From NCBI GenBank assembly GCA_964187785.1, contig OZ076415.1:22506001-22570000 (forward strand): a DNA stretch of 64,000 nt, written 5' to 3'. This document shows, in pieces, positions 35,301-45,500 of this stretch. Below the pieces are notes generated by a model that did no database searches, was not told where the DNA came from, and was given only the letters and a program-made list of their open reading frames with translations. The position numbers and the translations under genes were made by a program. The stretch comes from Amphiscolops sp. MND2022 (taxonomy: Eukaryota). How positions within the stretch are numbered: the first letter of the stretch is position 1; every line of letters starts with the position of its first letter.

Positions 35301-38072
35301 TGGCATGATGCATATAAATTTTTTCATTGACTTTTTCATAGAACAAATTTCATCCCGCTCCTTCGTGCATTTATTCAAAGAAAATGTTCCCTGATCAAAG
35401 GCGATATTTAACGTTATTTGGTTTTCTGAGGGATATATCTTCGAGGGTAATTGGGATGCAGTTAAAATTCTTCCTCCGAAAGATGACCGATGAAATTACA
35501 CATGTTCAATGTAGTGCCCGAGTGTTCAACCAGAGCGGGCTCCGTCATAGTTTCAATTCGTGAGTATGTTTGCTCGGTTGAATTTGAAATCCCATTTCCA
35601 GCCAGTTGACTATTAAAATATCAGAAACCATTGGAGTCACTGGCATATATAGATATTTTTCATGGCGCATCAGTGGAATTTTTTCATGGATGTAACTACT
35701 TGGTGCATTGTTTGACAAAACTTGATCATTGATCAAATAGACTTTTATCCAATCTAGTTTTCTAATGCCTATCTTCCAGACTATTCGCAATACAGATAAT
35801 TTGTATCCTGGATTCATTTGGGGTCACAGTAGTATTCGTCGCAAGCCTTGCGTTAAGCACCGTTCGCCTATATTTTCCCATTGGTCCAAATCATTTCTCG
35901 AAAGTCAAGTTTAATCCAAGGTCTATGAAATGTGCATTGAATCAAATGAAACAGATCGGCCCAATTTTGTGTAATTGTTAAATTGTTTCTTGGATTGCTG
36001 AGAAACTTTAGCCCTAAATGGACTATTGGGACGAATTCGTACCAATTAGTTTCTGAAAAGTTTGAAGGCACTAGCTGACCGTATGGTAAAGAAAACCCTT
36101 GAATAGGAGTTTTAGACAACATTACATAGCATTGCACGCATTTTCACGAAATATTGACTTGATATCTCTGAAATCAAGAAACGGGACCAAAAAATGAAGC
36201 AAAAAAACAGAGGACAGGTGTTCGGTTTTTCCAGTCTCCGTTTGTGGCAATTTCCCACTGGTATCATGGTTGGGTCGCAGCAACTCTTGGGGACAAAGTC
36301 GTGAGTCAGTTTGGTGAAGCCGTTCAGAAATCAATTTGAAAACCCTGATTGTCTTCCTTCGAACGCGCTATAAATCGTTCGTCGGAGTTGAATAGTTTAG
36401 GAGATATTGCGGTTGAAAGTTTAAGCACCATGGTTATGGATGTCTCCCGAAAATTCCTCGTCTATTCAGGGTTAATGGTTTTTAGAAAAAGTAGAGATTT
36501 TTAGCCAATGGAAAACTTCCCCGTTTGAAGCATCATGCTTCAGGCGAGCTGGAATAACGTACGTCCCAGGAATAACGTCTAAAGCATGTCATGCTCATTC
36601 CCAATCTTAATACATTGAGTTTAAGATGTTATTACTTAAAATGTTATTCGCGCCTCTACAACTTTTAGACTAGCAATAAATTCCTTCGCCAAGCAAAAAT
36701 TATCAAAAAAACAGTTCCCACGGCTGTGTGCACTTCTTGCCTCTGATGCTTCATGAGATTGTTATCAAATTTAGACATTTTTGCAGGTTTGCTCGAAAAA
36801 ATAGTAGTTCCCCTTTAGGTCTTGACTTTTTTTAATTCGACTCATTGAGTATAAAAAAACTTTGGACATTCATTTACATTGATAATGATGTCGGTTGTCT
36901 CTTTAACTTATCTCTTTGCCATTACGTAATAATGTGATTAACCATTTGGCTTATCAAATGTGACGTAAGAGGCTAATTCTTCAGTCATCTCTGTCTGATG
37001 CAATTAAATAACTCAACAGCAGTTGGTGCCTTAATTTCATGCTGCGCCCATTCATGACCATCGATGCTACATGAATACTACCATTCAAACTTGCAAGAAT
37101 CTGAATGGTGACAGTAGTCTCAGATGGCTATGCAATCCCCTCGCTTTTGACAGCATAGGCACCTACGGGGCACAGGCGGTAAAAACAGGCAGGTACAAAG
37201 ACAGGTACGTCTGCTTTGACCTCTAACCGAGCACAAATTATTGCGCAGTTGAGCTCAGGTAGCATTCAGGAAGCAGCAGTCTAATGTCTTGTATAATCGA
37301 CTTCCAAAAATTAACCGAGAATGCAAGGCAAAGGAAAAAATGAAGTCATGTTGGCTATAGCAATAATGTGGTATGCAAAAAAAAGAAAACAAAAAATTTC
37401 CAAGTTCATGCTTTAACCATCGCATAAAAAAGTTGACAATCAGTAATGAAAGTTTTATATTGATCACATATGCAAATGATATCTACAAATATTAGCAAAT
37501 TTTAACCATGTATGTATATAGCTATTTTTCAGGACGTGAAAATAACTTGCGAAATTTAAAAGAAACACTTTCGGAGCAATCTTTTGTTCTCATCAAATTC
37601 TGATTTTGAAAAAGGTACTTAAATTAACAATTTACATAAATGTTGAATACACAGGGCTTCAATCACCAAGTAAAGTTTTATTTACGGTTCACTTTTTCTA
37701 ATTTAAAAGAAATACAAGAAAAAAAGAAAAAATTTCATTTCAGCAATCTTTGAAGTGGAAACGTGGACGCTACACCTCATCAACTTGAAAAACTCTTCCA
37801 CAAAAAGCGAAGATGAAAGACCTACCCATGTTTCCAAAATTCAACTCATGAAAAACGACCAGCTTCTGAGTAAACCCGTATGGAGTACGGATGGAAGCAA
37901 ACTTTGCGTAGCAGTAGAGTATGCCAAGAATAACATGAACCTTTTCGATTACTCGTTGCTCATTGTGGATCTGCAGAAAGCATTTCATCTCACCTGTTTA
38001 TTGCTGGTTAAACCCAAAAATGTGTCCAATTTGGTCAAAGTTTCAGCTGCTAATCGAACATCCACTATGTAA
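8157..38072 (+). CDS. TKL (MLK/ZAK/TAK1-like) Ser/Thr kinase fused to C-terminal TBL1-like WD40 propeller, 10 exons, about 716 aa
   Basis: Exons 8157-about 8309 (tentative), 8753-8987, 10814-11127, 11757-11929, 12589-12809, 13618-13772, 28986-29163, 29763-29950, 33940-34144, 37744-38072. Junction phases from exon 2 onward are 1,0,2,1,0,1,0,1 and all match. Kinase motifs: GHGSFG, VAVKK, HPNVIQYYG, HRDLKPQN, DFG, YMAPE, DVYSFG, RPNF. WD-like blades follow. Confidence 0.8.
8753..8987 (+). CDS. Kinase-WD40 gene exon 2 (kinase subdomains II-VIa); acceptor uncertain
   Basis: GKPVAVKKVNVPIEEEGMILNSVNHPNVIQYYG...LVMEYAENGSL...QQILS; donor gtatgt at 8988. Confidence 0.85.
10814..11127 (+). CDS. Kinase-WD40 gene exon 3 (catalytic loop to subdomain IX)
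   Basis: Acceptor ttcaacttcag; GMTYLH...HRDLKPQNILL...KLADFGCAK...GSFPYMAPE...DVYSFGVVAWEILTQKRPF; donor gtaaga. Confidence 0.92.
11757..11929 (+). CDS. Kinase-WD40 gene exon 4 (kinase subdomains X-XI)
   Basis: Acceptor ctgttaccag; GEGKTLPID...IIRKCFEHDRKLRPNFKDIHKAL; phase-2 donor gtttcc. Confidence 0.85.
12589..12809 (+). CDS. Kinase-WD40 gene exon 5 (first WD40 blade)
   Basis: Acceptor tgttgtgcag; (R)LSPDLGN...GQWNPENGAQLAASKDENSLILFDV; phase 2 in, phase 1 out; donor gtaaaa. Confidence 0.8.
13618..13772 (+). CDS. Kinase-WD40 gene exon 6 (WD40)
   Basis: Acceptor tcatctttag; HKDTVTCFAWGRKCLLAGTSDGRLWLWSQEG...HKRPIVK; donor gtaact. Confidence 0.88.
15249..15448. other. Assembly gap (200 N) inside intron 6
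   Basis: Run of N characters. Confidence 0.99.
15449..17050 (+). mobile_element. Probable LTR-retrotransposon remnant or long solo LTR carrying a decayed gag-like ORF (16482-17050)
   Basis: MPTTRKQKKARKSRG...SGDE*, then after a frameshift and a stop ...EINKLSSELN*RLSRELDEMMSSVNTQIQRAISDAIN...NLRTYD, ending at ...TACGACA with an abrupt switch to AT-rich repeat DNA. The family assignment is inference. Confidence 0.4.
19128..19939. mobile_element. MITE-like non-autonomous DNA transposon (family A), 812 bp
   Basis: About 34-bp TIR cccagtg[g/t]aaaatatcttgaaactcttgccaaga with 1 mismatch; subterminal arrays of CAAGA(A)TCTTG; no coding capacity. Confidence 0.8.
21299..26617 (+). mobile_element. Ty3/gypsy LTR retrotransposon 1, full length, young but coding-defective
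   Basis: 208-bp LTRs 21299-21506 and 26410-26617 (1 mismatch), 5-bp TSD CGGGG, PBS TGGCGCTGCG at 21507, PPT AGAGGGGAG at 26401-26409. Domain order gag(CCHC)-PR(DTGS)-RT(FIDD)-RH(CDAS)-IN. Confidence 0.97.
21506..26101 (+). pseudogene. gag-pol of gypsy element 1 (frameshifts near 23875 and 24990, TGA at 24172-24174)
   Basis: MALRADE...; CWRCG..H..C and CNYCGRKGHLERVC knuckles; IDTGSP; VFIDDILI; ELELLAVVW, DHKAL; HFGHAG..CSEC; LDFAGPF; TDPG; GNGKVERMIRT. The 3' end is approximate. Confidence 0.93.
27179..28132. mobile_element. MITE-like element (family B), about 954 bp
   Basis: TIR acccaggttgaccctc / gagggtcaacccggt; CAAGATCTTG subterminal tandem arrays (about 28015-28110); homologous second copy at 40149-40830. 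Confidence 0.75.
28540..28660 (-). repeat. Dispersed repeat family C (cc[a/g]gacgagactaaaggg...ttttcggcact module)
   Basis: The same module is seen at about 9293-9350 (+), 48660-48910 (+), 54590-54740 (-) and 55040-55150 (-). A companion module (tccgaa.ta.attgcgttttactaa) occurs near 9520-9640, 18780-18900, 28370-28450 and 54350-54445. Confidence 0.65.
28986..29163 (+). CDS. Kinase-WD40 gene exon 7 (WD40)
   Basis: Acceptor cttcattcag; VEWNLDCSLIGVL...SFPSPTTTLVWSNNKNDLL; donor gtgagt. Confidence 0.85.
29763..29950 (+). CDS. Kinase-WD40 gene exon 8 (WD40)
   Basis: Acceptor tatgtatgcag; ACCEGHRVHIF...TGHQSEIVSAIWSHKSNFLALASKTILQIFSV; donor gtacgt. Confidence 0.85.
30104..33781 (+). mobile_element. 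Degenerate Ty3/gypsy element (different family) in intron 8
   Basis: 61-bp LTR-like matches at 30104-30164 and 33721-33781 (5 mismatches); PPT aaagaggagggga before 33721. Remnants of gag (LRDQL..IRDRLLQ, CKNCKKIGHLAKVC), RT (WASPHVV, KNGSLRLCCD, LDDIIVYG), RH and IN (NGLVERFNQT), with many stops and frameshifts. Confidence 0.85.
33940..34144 (+). CDS. Kinase-WD40 gene exon 9 (WD40)
   Basis: Acceptor ttgttgtag; VRSKTAMSKLGEIESVAWHPSVAEELFVS...TFSLNPNGEAM; donor gttggt. Confidence 0.83.
37744..38072 (+). CDS. Kinase-WD40 gene exon 10 (last WD40 blade and stop)
   Basis: Acceptor atttcatttcag; AIFEVETW...KPVWSTDGSKLCVAVE...LLIVDLQKA...TSTM*. Confidence 0.82.
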
Positions 38073-38959
38073 CAGTTGCATGGTTGTTAAAATGATGTAT
38101 TTTTATTGTTATGCTGGTTTTAGTCAAGTGTTTATAAATATATTAAACTACCGATACTCGATTATTTCATCAGAAAATGAACAATACAGTTTTAAATATT
38201 CATTCCATGAAAAAAATTCATTTATTCAGCCGGAAAGATGGCTGATACGTTACATTAACGATACTGAATCACTCTTTTAGCGCAATTTTAGCAAAATTAG
38301 AGGCCCCAGCTTAATCAAATTTTTCGACAAAGACGACTTCATAAAGCATATGAAGAGAAAACAGTGTAGTGAAAAATATGAATCAAACTTGCCGTTTTCC
38401 ATAGCCCAATGGATATTTTTATTGGAATGTTTTCTCAATCGTTTTCTGCTCAGTTGACTCCTTACTCCATGTCATTGTCACCCCAGTGATACCAAAAGTC
38501 CAGAGTGACCAGCCAGTGTTTAGCAACGGCTTTTAAATACTGGTTAGCTAGATAAAATAGATTAAAACCAGGGAGTAACGATTGTAAGGGAAAGGGAAAA
38601 CAGGGTGCAGTGACACTTCTACATTTTTCAAATACTGGTACAAAAAAATTTTTGAAAAAATTGTGGCGAGACTAAATTTTTATGAAATGAAATATTCATT
38701 TCAAGGAAAAGTGAGTGAAGAATCCATGAAGAATAAATTAATCTACAGTGTTCGAGGCTAGTACATGAATCATAATTAGGGTGCGGATAATTAGATTTTC
38801 AATGCTTCTGACCATTTCACCTTTTTGAGGCGCTTGGAGATTTCACCTAATCATATTTTTGGGGATATTTTGAGCGGGAAAGCTTCAATTTGACCAAAAT
38901 TTTGCCTAATTTGTTTGAAACGCGGTACCAACTGACGAAAGCGTGGTGTTAAAAATCCC

Positions 38960-39115
38960 ATGATGCCCAACATATTGAATATACGTTTGTTCATGTGCGA
39001 GCCTCTGGTGTCAACGGAGGTGGAGCGAATTTTCAGCGTCATGCAAGCCAAGGACGTTCACCCAGGCAACGCTGAGTGCAAAAGTTCGAAAAAATCTGTT
39101 TCGCAAACATTTATA
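38960..39115 (+). pseudogene. hAT-type transposase C-terminal dimerisation-domain fragment
   Basis: MPNILNIRLFMCEPLVSTEVERIFSVM resembles the P-x-L...P-x-S-x-x-x-ER-x-FS pattern of hAT dimerisation domains; no upstream ORF. Confidence 0.4.
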
Positions 39116-40148
39116 ATCATCTTTTTTCCCTAATTTAATTTCTTTGACCATGTATCGAGGTGCTTTTCAATAATTTAAAACACCAAATAATCAGGTATAC
39201 AATAAAAATACTTCTAGTACAAAGAATTAAAATACGTGGCACAAGAACCCGTGTTTCACTTTTTCGAAAAAAAAAATCGTTAGAAACGCTCGGCAAAAAG
39301 GTCAGTTCCAAAAATCGGAGAAGTTGAAGCCGCTATTGCTGCGATTTGTACGCCTTCGGGCAACAAAATTTATTACCTTTCTTCTCTCTTTTTGTCAAGT
39401 CAATAACACAGAAGTCGGAGATAGCGACAACATTTTTCCTAAGTCGAGACTACTCGAACTTTTTACATGCTACAGGAATGCATGCAGGGTTACCTTTTAT
39501 GAAACCTCGAAAATTCAGTAAGCTTCAAGTGGTAAATTCGATAGGATTACACTGCACTTTACACTATTGCAAATAAAATTGAAAATAATTTCTTCTTCGT
39601 TGCCGACACAATTACATTGTATTCACACTTCGTTTTTATAACTACTCATCACATGTGATGACCGCTTCTCAAATAGCAGGCTAAACATGACCATAATTTG
39701 CAGTTGATTACGTGACTAAGTTATTTTGCATTAAAATGGCCGTCAAACTGATAGCAATTCAGTTGCATATAAAATTAAAACTGTTTCCTAATGAAACTCG
39801 CAAAACTGCAAGGCCTAAAACTGCCGCCAGATTTGCGGTGCTTTTTGCAAGCAGCTTGATAAAAGTCGAATTCAACAGGGAATCATTTTAGCTCGAAAGT
39901 TTCCGTGATAGTTTTGAAAAACCATAATAAATGTTTTAAAGTGCATGGAAACTTTAAAGTGCATGTAAAAAAAGTCAAGCACTTACAACAAAAGTTGTCT
40001 TCACATGCCTGAACAAAAATTGAACGAAAAACGGATATAAGCTCAATCCAAGTTAAAACCGTCATTGCACTTAATCGCAGAAGACGAATCAGCTAAATGA
40101 CCTGTAAAGTAGTAAAGAAAACTATTAGCAACGCACACTATGATACCG

Positions 40149-40830
40149 ACCCGAGTTGACCCTCTTACTAGCATCTTGGCTGTCTTGGCAAGATCTTGCC
40201 AAATTCTTACTATATCTTGCAACCATGGTTCCCGTGGCAAGATTCTTACTAAGATTTTACTAAGATAATACATTATTCCAAGATCGTATCTTATCACGAT
40301 GTACAAAATTCTAAGATTATAAAGAACACTATACCTTCAGTACAAGCAGCTGAGACTCAATCTGAAGGCTCATTTCATCCAACAACGACTATCTCTACTC
40401 GTTATCATATTCAAAATGCTCCAACCTGCTGAAAAAATTTTGTATGCAAAATAATGCGAAAAATTACGAAAACGTATTCTTATTTCCGAAATTCTGACAA
40501 GAAACCTAATACCTTCTTACCTGTTTAAGACTGAAAAATGCCGAATGTACCAAATGAAAGGTATTTTCAAGGGCTTTTTAAAACTTGTAGTTTATCACTC
40601 CTGTCGATTCCAGAGACGGAGAAAAATGCTCCCAAACGTCCAGAGCCACGATCGGAAAGTTACACAGGAAACAACTAAAAATCCGAAATTTTTGTAAAAT
40701 CATATCTTCAGCTTTCTATGAGCCTCTTTCAGCGGCCTTATTACTGCTAGAAACCGCGATCATAGTCCCAGCTTGGGTTATGATTCAGCTCGAGGCTTAT
40801 CTGACGCCGTTATTGGCGACAGTTTTGCAA
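40149..40830. mobile_element. Truncated second copy of MITE family B
   Basis: acccgagttgaccctcttactagcatcttggctgtcttggcaagatctt... aligns with about 27179-27850; the right TIR is missing. Confidence 0.8.
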
Positions 40831-41199
40831 CTATTGATGTCCACCAGTGACAATCAGGCAATTATCGGTGGCCACCGATGGAACAATTGGAGAGCCACAT
40901 ACGTAGTCAAAGTTTTTCCACAGGTGATCACCGCAATAGCTGAATATGTCACGATCGAGCATAGGTGACCGCAGCTCAATCACTTGGTTGTCATCCCTAC
41001 TTGATTTGTTTTATTTTTGTTTGGGGCACGAGCTTTGCGAGATGCCCATATGGTGGCGTTTTTTGGGGCACGAGCTTTGTGAGATGCCCATATGGTGACG
41101 TTTTTTTCGCAGATTTCGAGACATGTGCCACATTTTCAAACTTGTGAGGCTAATTTCTCAAAACCCAGAACAGACACGGACACATGTCTTCGCTAAAAC

Positions 41200-41900
41200 T
41201 TGCGCAGGGTCCTAGGCTACATTTTCGCCGAAAAACAATTTCGAAAAAAATCGGCTTCATGGTTTTTTTTCAAAAGAACTTTTCAAAAAACGCTATTTTT
41301 GACTATTTTTAATCTTTGATCCCCTATATCTCAAAACTGAGACCGAATACAGGGTCCATGGTTTCGAAATTGTACAAGCGTTTTATAGGCTACATTTTGG
41401 CCTAAAAATGACGTCAAAATTTTTTTCATACTTGGTGTTTTCGGGCAAAAAAGAGGACAAAAAAATTTTCGAAAAATTGTTTCTCATTCGTAGGTCATAT
41501 TTCTCAAAACTGATAAAAGATACAGAAACCGTTCTCTTTCGAGAAGAACAGCATAGATATATGCTACTTTTTGGACCAACAAAGTTACCGGCATCAAGTG
41601 TGACGCCTTCGTTTTCCTGCCAAAAAAACTTCATTTTTTTTCGAAAAAATTTCTTGGTTTTTTTACTTGAGCTCGTATATCTCATGATCGAGACCAAATA
41701 TGGGGTTCATGGTTTCGTTAATTTTACGAAGCTTATGTAAGCTACGTTTTAGGCTAAAAATGATGTCGAAATGTTTTTTCGCTCTGGATTTTTTAGCAAA
41801 AAAATGAAAAATTTTTTCTGAATTTTTTCATTTTTTTTTCAATTTGTAGCTGATTTTCCTCAGAACTGAATATAGGTACGAAAACCATTCTTCCTCACAA
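41200..41900. repeat. Diverged tandem duplication, period about 350 bp
   Basis: gagacc[g/a]aat...catggtttcg...gctac.tttt.g.ctaaaaatga.gtc near 41340 and 41690; a second block near 41490 and 41846. Confidence 0.6.
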
Positions 41901-42544
41901 AGTGAGGCAACTATGTAGGCTACTTGTTGTACTATCAAAGTTTCCGTTATGATGTATGACGCCTTCGGGTTTCTGCTAAAAATACATTTTTTCAGTAAAA
42001 AAATTCGTCATCGTTTTAGTTCTTTCATCAAAATATCCTCATCTGAGACTGGATAAGTTCACAAGGTTGTGGGCACTGGAACACAAAGAATTTGTAACAC
42101 CTTCTGCAGACCATTGAACGTTTCTGCTCGTGCCCAAGCGCGACATGCCGTCGCGCCTGTTTTTTTGGTTCTTTTAATTCATTCAAATTTTAGACACTTT
42201 TTGTCCGAAAACTTATGAAAAGGCACGTAGAAGCCATTCGAGAAAACGCTTGCAATCACAATCGGCTTGGAATGATCCCAAACTTCTTATAAGTCATGCT
42301 TTTTTTGTCCTGTACATTTTTAGGAAAATTAGCCGACTCATTTCAGTCAGTGCCTTTCTTAGAAAAAGAGTCGATTATAGTCATGACTTTTTGTCAGTTT
42401 TTTATTTTTCCATACACCTGAACTGTTCAAAAAAAGATCTACCAATAGTTATACTCTTAAAGTTTGAGCCATTTTTTGAATACTACCTTTGAACAGTAAA
42501 GGAGTGCCCTTCGACAAAAACACAACCCTTACCGGATTTAACGA

Positions 42545-45500
42545 TGTAATGGAAATCTTTGAATAACTTGTGACGTGCAATAATAGTTAGTGTCAAAACT
42601 TGAATAAATAAAGTAATTCATCAACGTCAAGAGTTTTGACCCCTTTGTAAAGTAAGATAATTCCATTTTTGTTCTACATTTTTTTGATGAACCCCTTCGA
42701 TGATTTTGAGTGAAAATGTCCCAGACAAATTCAATAACCACAATGAAGGAAAAACGTTACATTGCAAAAACTAAAATGGAATCGGTGTTAACCAGTTTTT
42801 CGAAAGAAAAACAGTAAGAAAACCCAAACTTTGTTACCATTAGGCGAAACCAAAACACTATAAAACAAAGACTTGAAGACTTAGACCAGAAAACTTTTGA
42901 TGCAAATGACGAAATCCAGCAAGAGCTGATCCGCCAACTCTCTCAATTTAAGCTACAAGTTGATGAACTCTCACAAAAAACATGCATATCAGTGAAACAC
43001 AGGCAAACATAACGCCAACGTCCACTTCCCAAACCATGAAAGCTAATCAGGATGTCGAAGTTGCTAACATTCGAAGAGGACATGCAGCCAACGTGTCTTT
43101 CGACGTAACCAACTATGAAGACGACCACAGACGAAAACAGACCCAACTGAACAAGAGCAAGTCAACCTCAGTGACTATCAACAATCATCAAGCAAATGCA
43201 GTAGCCAATCAAGAGGATCGACAAAAATTATTGCCAGCAGCATCCGAGTCCAAAAAGCTACTATTGCCACAGCAGATGACTATGGAGTACCGTATAACAA
43301 GACATTCGGTTCCTACTTGAACAAAACGCCGAAGCTGAACATTGAGTCTCACACTAGAACAAACCCAGAGGGTGAATTGATTGGCAACATTTTTTGGCTT
43401 TTTGTCAATTTCGGTATTAATTTGACACATTTTCATTTGGAAAACAGCATTTATCTTTTTATAGAAGCCTACTGGACAACACATTCTTTCCCTGTTTACC
43501 CTTGTTAACATTCCAATCCATGAAGTCTGTCGAAAATTTAACAATAAATGTATGAAAACTCTGAAAATTGCATAATTTTAGGACTTTTGTCAATTTCGGG
43601 CTCAATTTGAGACATTCTTCATGCGGAAAACTGCAACTATCTCTTCATAGAAGCCTACTGGACAACGCATTGGTGCCTTGTTGAACGTTTTGAAGAGTCT
43701 AATTCACGATATCTATCGAAAAATCGACAAAATTGCATTGAAACATCAGAAATTGAACTTTTCTGCAGTTTTTACAAGTTTTGGTGTCATTTTTGTTTCA
43801 TTCTGGTTTCCTTAAGGTCAACTGAAAAGGTCCAGAAAATTCCACAAAATCATATCGCACGGAACTAAATTTATGTGAGTTGAATTATATGGGTAACACT
43901 CTTTAAGTTAAATATAAATTTGGTGCTTTGCAATTTTTGTTGAAAAAATCCGTTTGTTTTAAATATTTCCCTTTCCCATATGAAATCATGTCGATAGGGC
44001 AATATGCCTCTCAACCACAGCCAGTAGATTGCGTATATACAAGGATTAGTAACTGGAAAAGCAAAGACGGCATCCTTTGCACTGCAATGGACAATTCTAC
44101 AATGATGCCCTGCTAAAACTCAAAATAAAGGTTGAAAACGTTTGACAAATGTCAATGCGTACAAATAACATTTCTAGGACTACCAACCTTAAATCAAAGG
44201 CCTCCCTGAATCATTTAACAACTACACGACATTATTCCGAGGATTAATCCGTACCTTGCTGTATTTAAAACACAAATCATCTTTAAAAAACAACAAACTT
44301 GCTACAAGCCAACAAGTGATTATAAACCTCTGACCTTATACAATTACAACAATACAAGGTCAACCGCCGCATCGAACAACCCAATCTGATATCCTTCTGC
44401 GACTGATTGAAACCGATAGCAGAAGCATACTATCTACTAACGGACAATGACAAAACCAACAGCTGGATACACAAAAGATAATTAACAGCATAGGATCAAC
44501 AAGTCAAACAGCCACAACTTGTTCTCTAGGATATGGATGACACCGAAGTACAAATGCCTACTTTTCATTGTAGATGACTACAAGAAAGAGGTGTCTCTGT
44601 TTCAACTTAGTGAACAAAGACCACCTTTTCGCCAACTGCCCCCCTCAAAGAACAACTGCCAACACAGCAGCTGAAAACACGACACAACGCCTTACTTCAT
44701 GGAGACCTTCGATTAGATAGCAATTCATCACACCTCACCGGAGGACAAGTATACATATCAGTCAACAAAAATCAGCCATCGAAAGCATCTAATAAAAAAC
44801 ACCCGAACAAGAGAGAACAAACTGCATATGTTCACCTGACACAAATGAATCGAGGAACCACTGTCTTCAAAGGCACAAAAAAGTTGAAGACTACAGAATA
44901 GAAACTCATCAACTTTGCAGATCTTTCCAAACTTCCAATCAACTTGCACAATCAACACCTCTCTACAGCAGCGTATGCTTTAGAACAGCAGAATTACGTC
45001 AAGCTTTCACACAAAGAAACTCATACCGAAGTCAACAACGACACTGAAAAATTAAGAATTCAACGCAACGCAGACAATGAACAGTACCGTAGTTGACCTG
45101 CAACATTCTGGTATCGAAAACAGAGAAACACATAAATGAAATAATGTCTCCGTAATCGACTGCGATCAAATGTCAGCAGTCAAAGAACACCCAAAACAGA
45201 TAGCCGACAAATATGGTCATCTCAGCTCATAATGACACAGCTCAACAACCTGAAAGTAGAAGCACTCTTGATTGTGACATGTATGCTTTAATCATAGATA
45301 GAAATGCATGGACCGTTGCTCAACCGATTTGCAATATTTGCCAAACCTGTGAAAGCAACGATCAACAACTGTTTGAAGGCGTCAAAACTTGTGGAATGTG
45401 GAAAGCTTACGGAACCAAAACACCAACCAAACACCCAAGGAATAACGACGACGACAAAGCACTCCGAAAATTGGCTGGCACGAACAGGAAACTGGCGGGA

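Noticed and set aside
8157-38072. LRRK2 orthologue (kinase followed by WD40)
   Set aside because: No ankyrin, LRR, ROC or COR exons were seen upstream, an ATG sits just before the kinase domain, and the WD40 part matches TBL1 patterns better.
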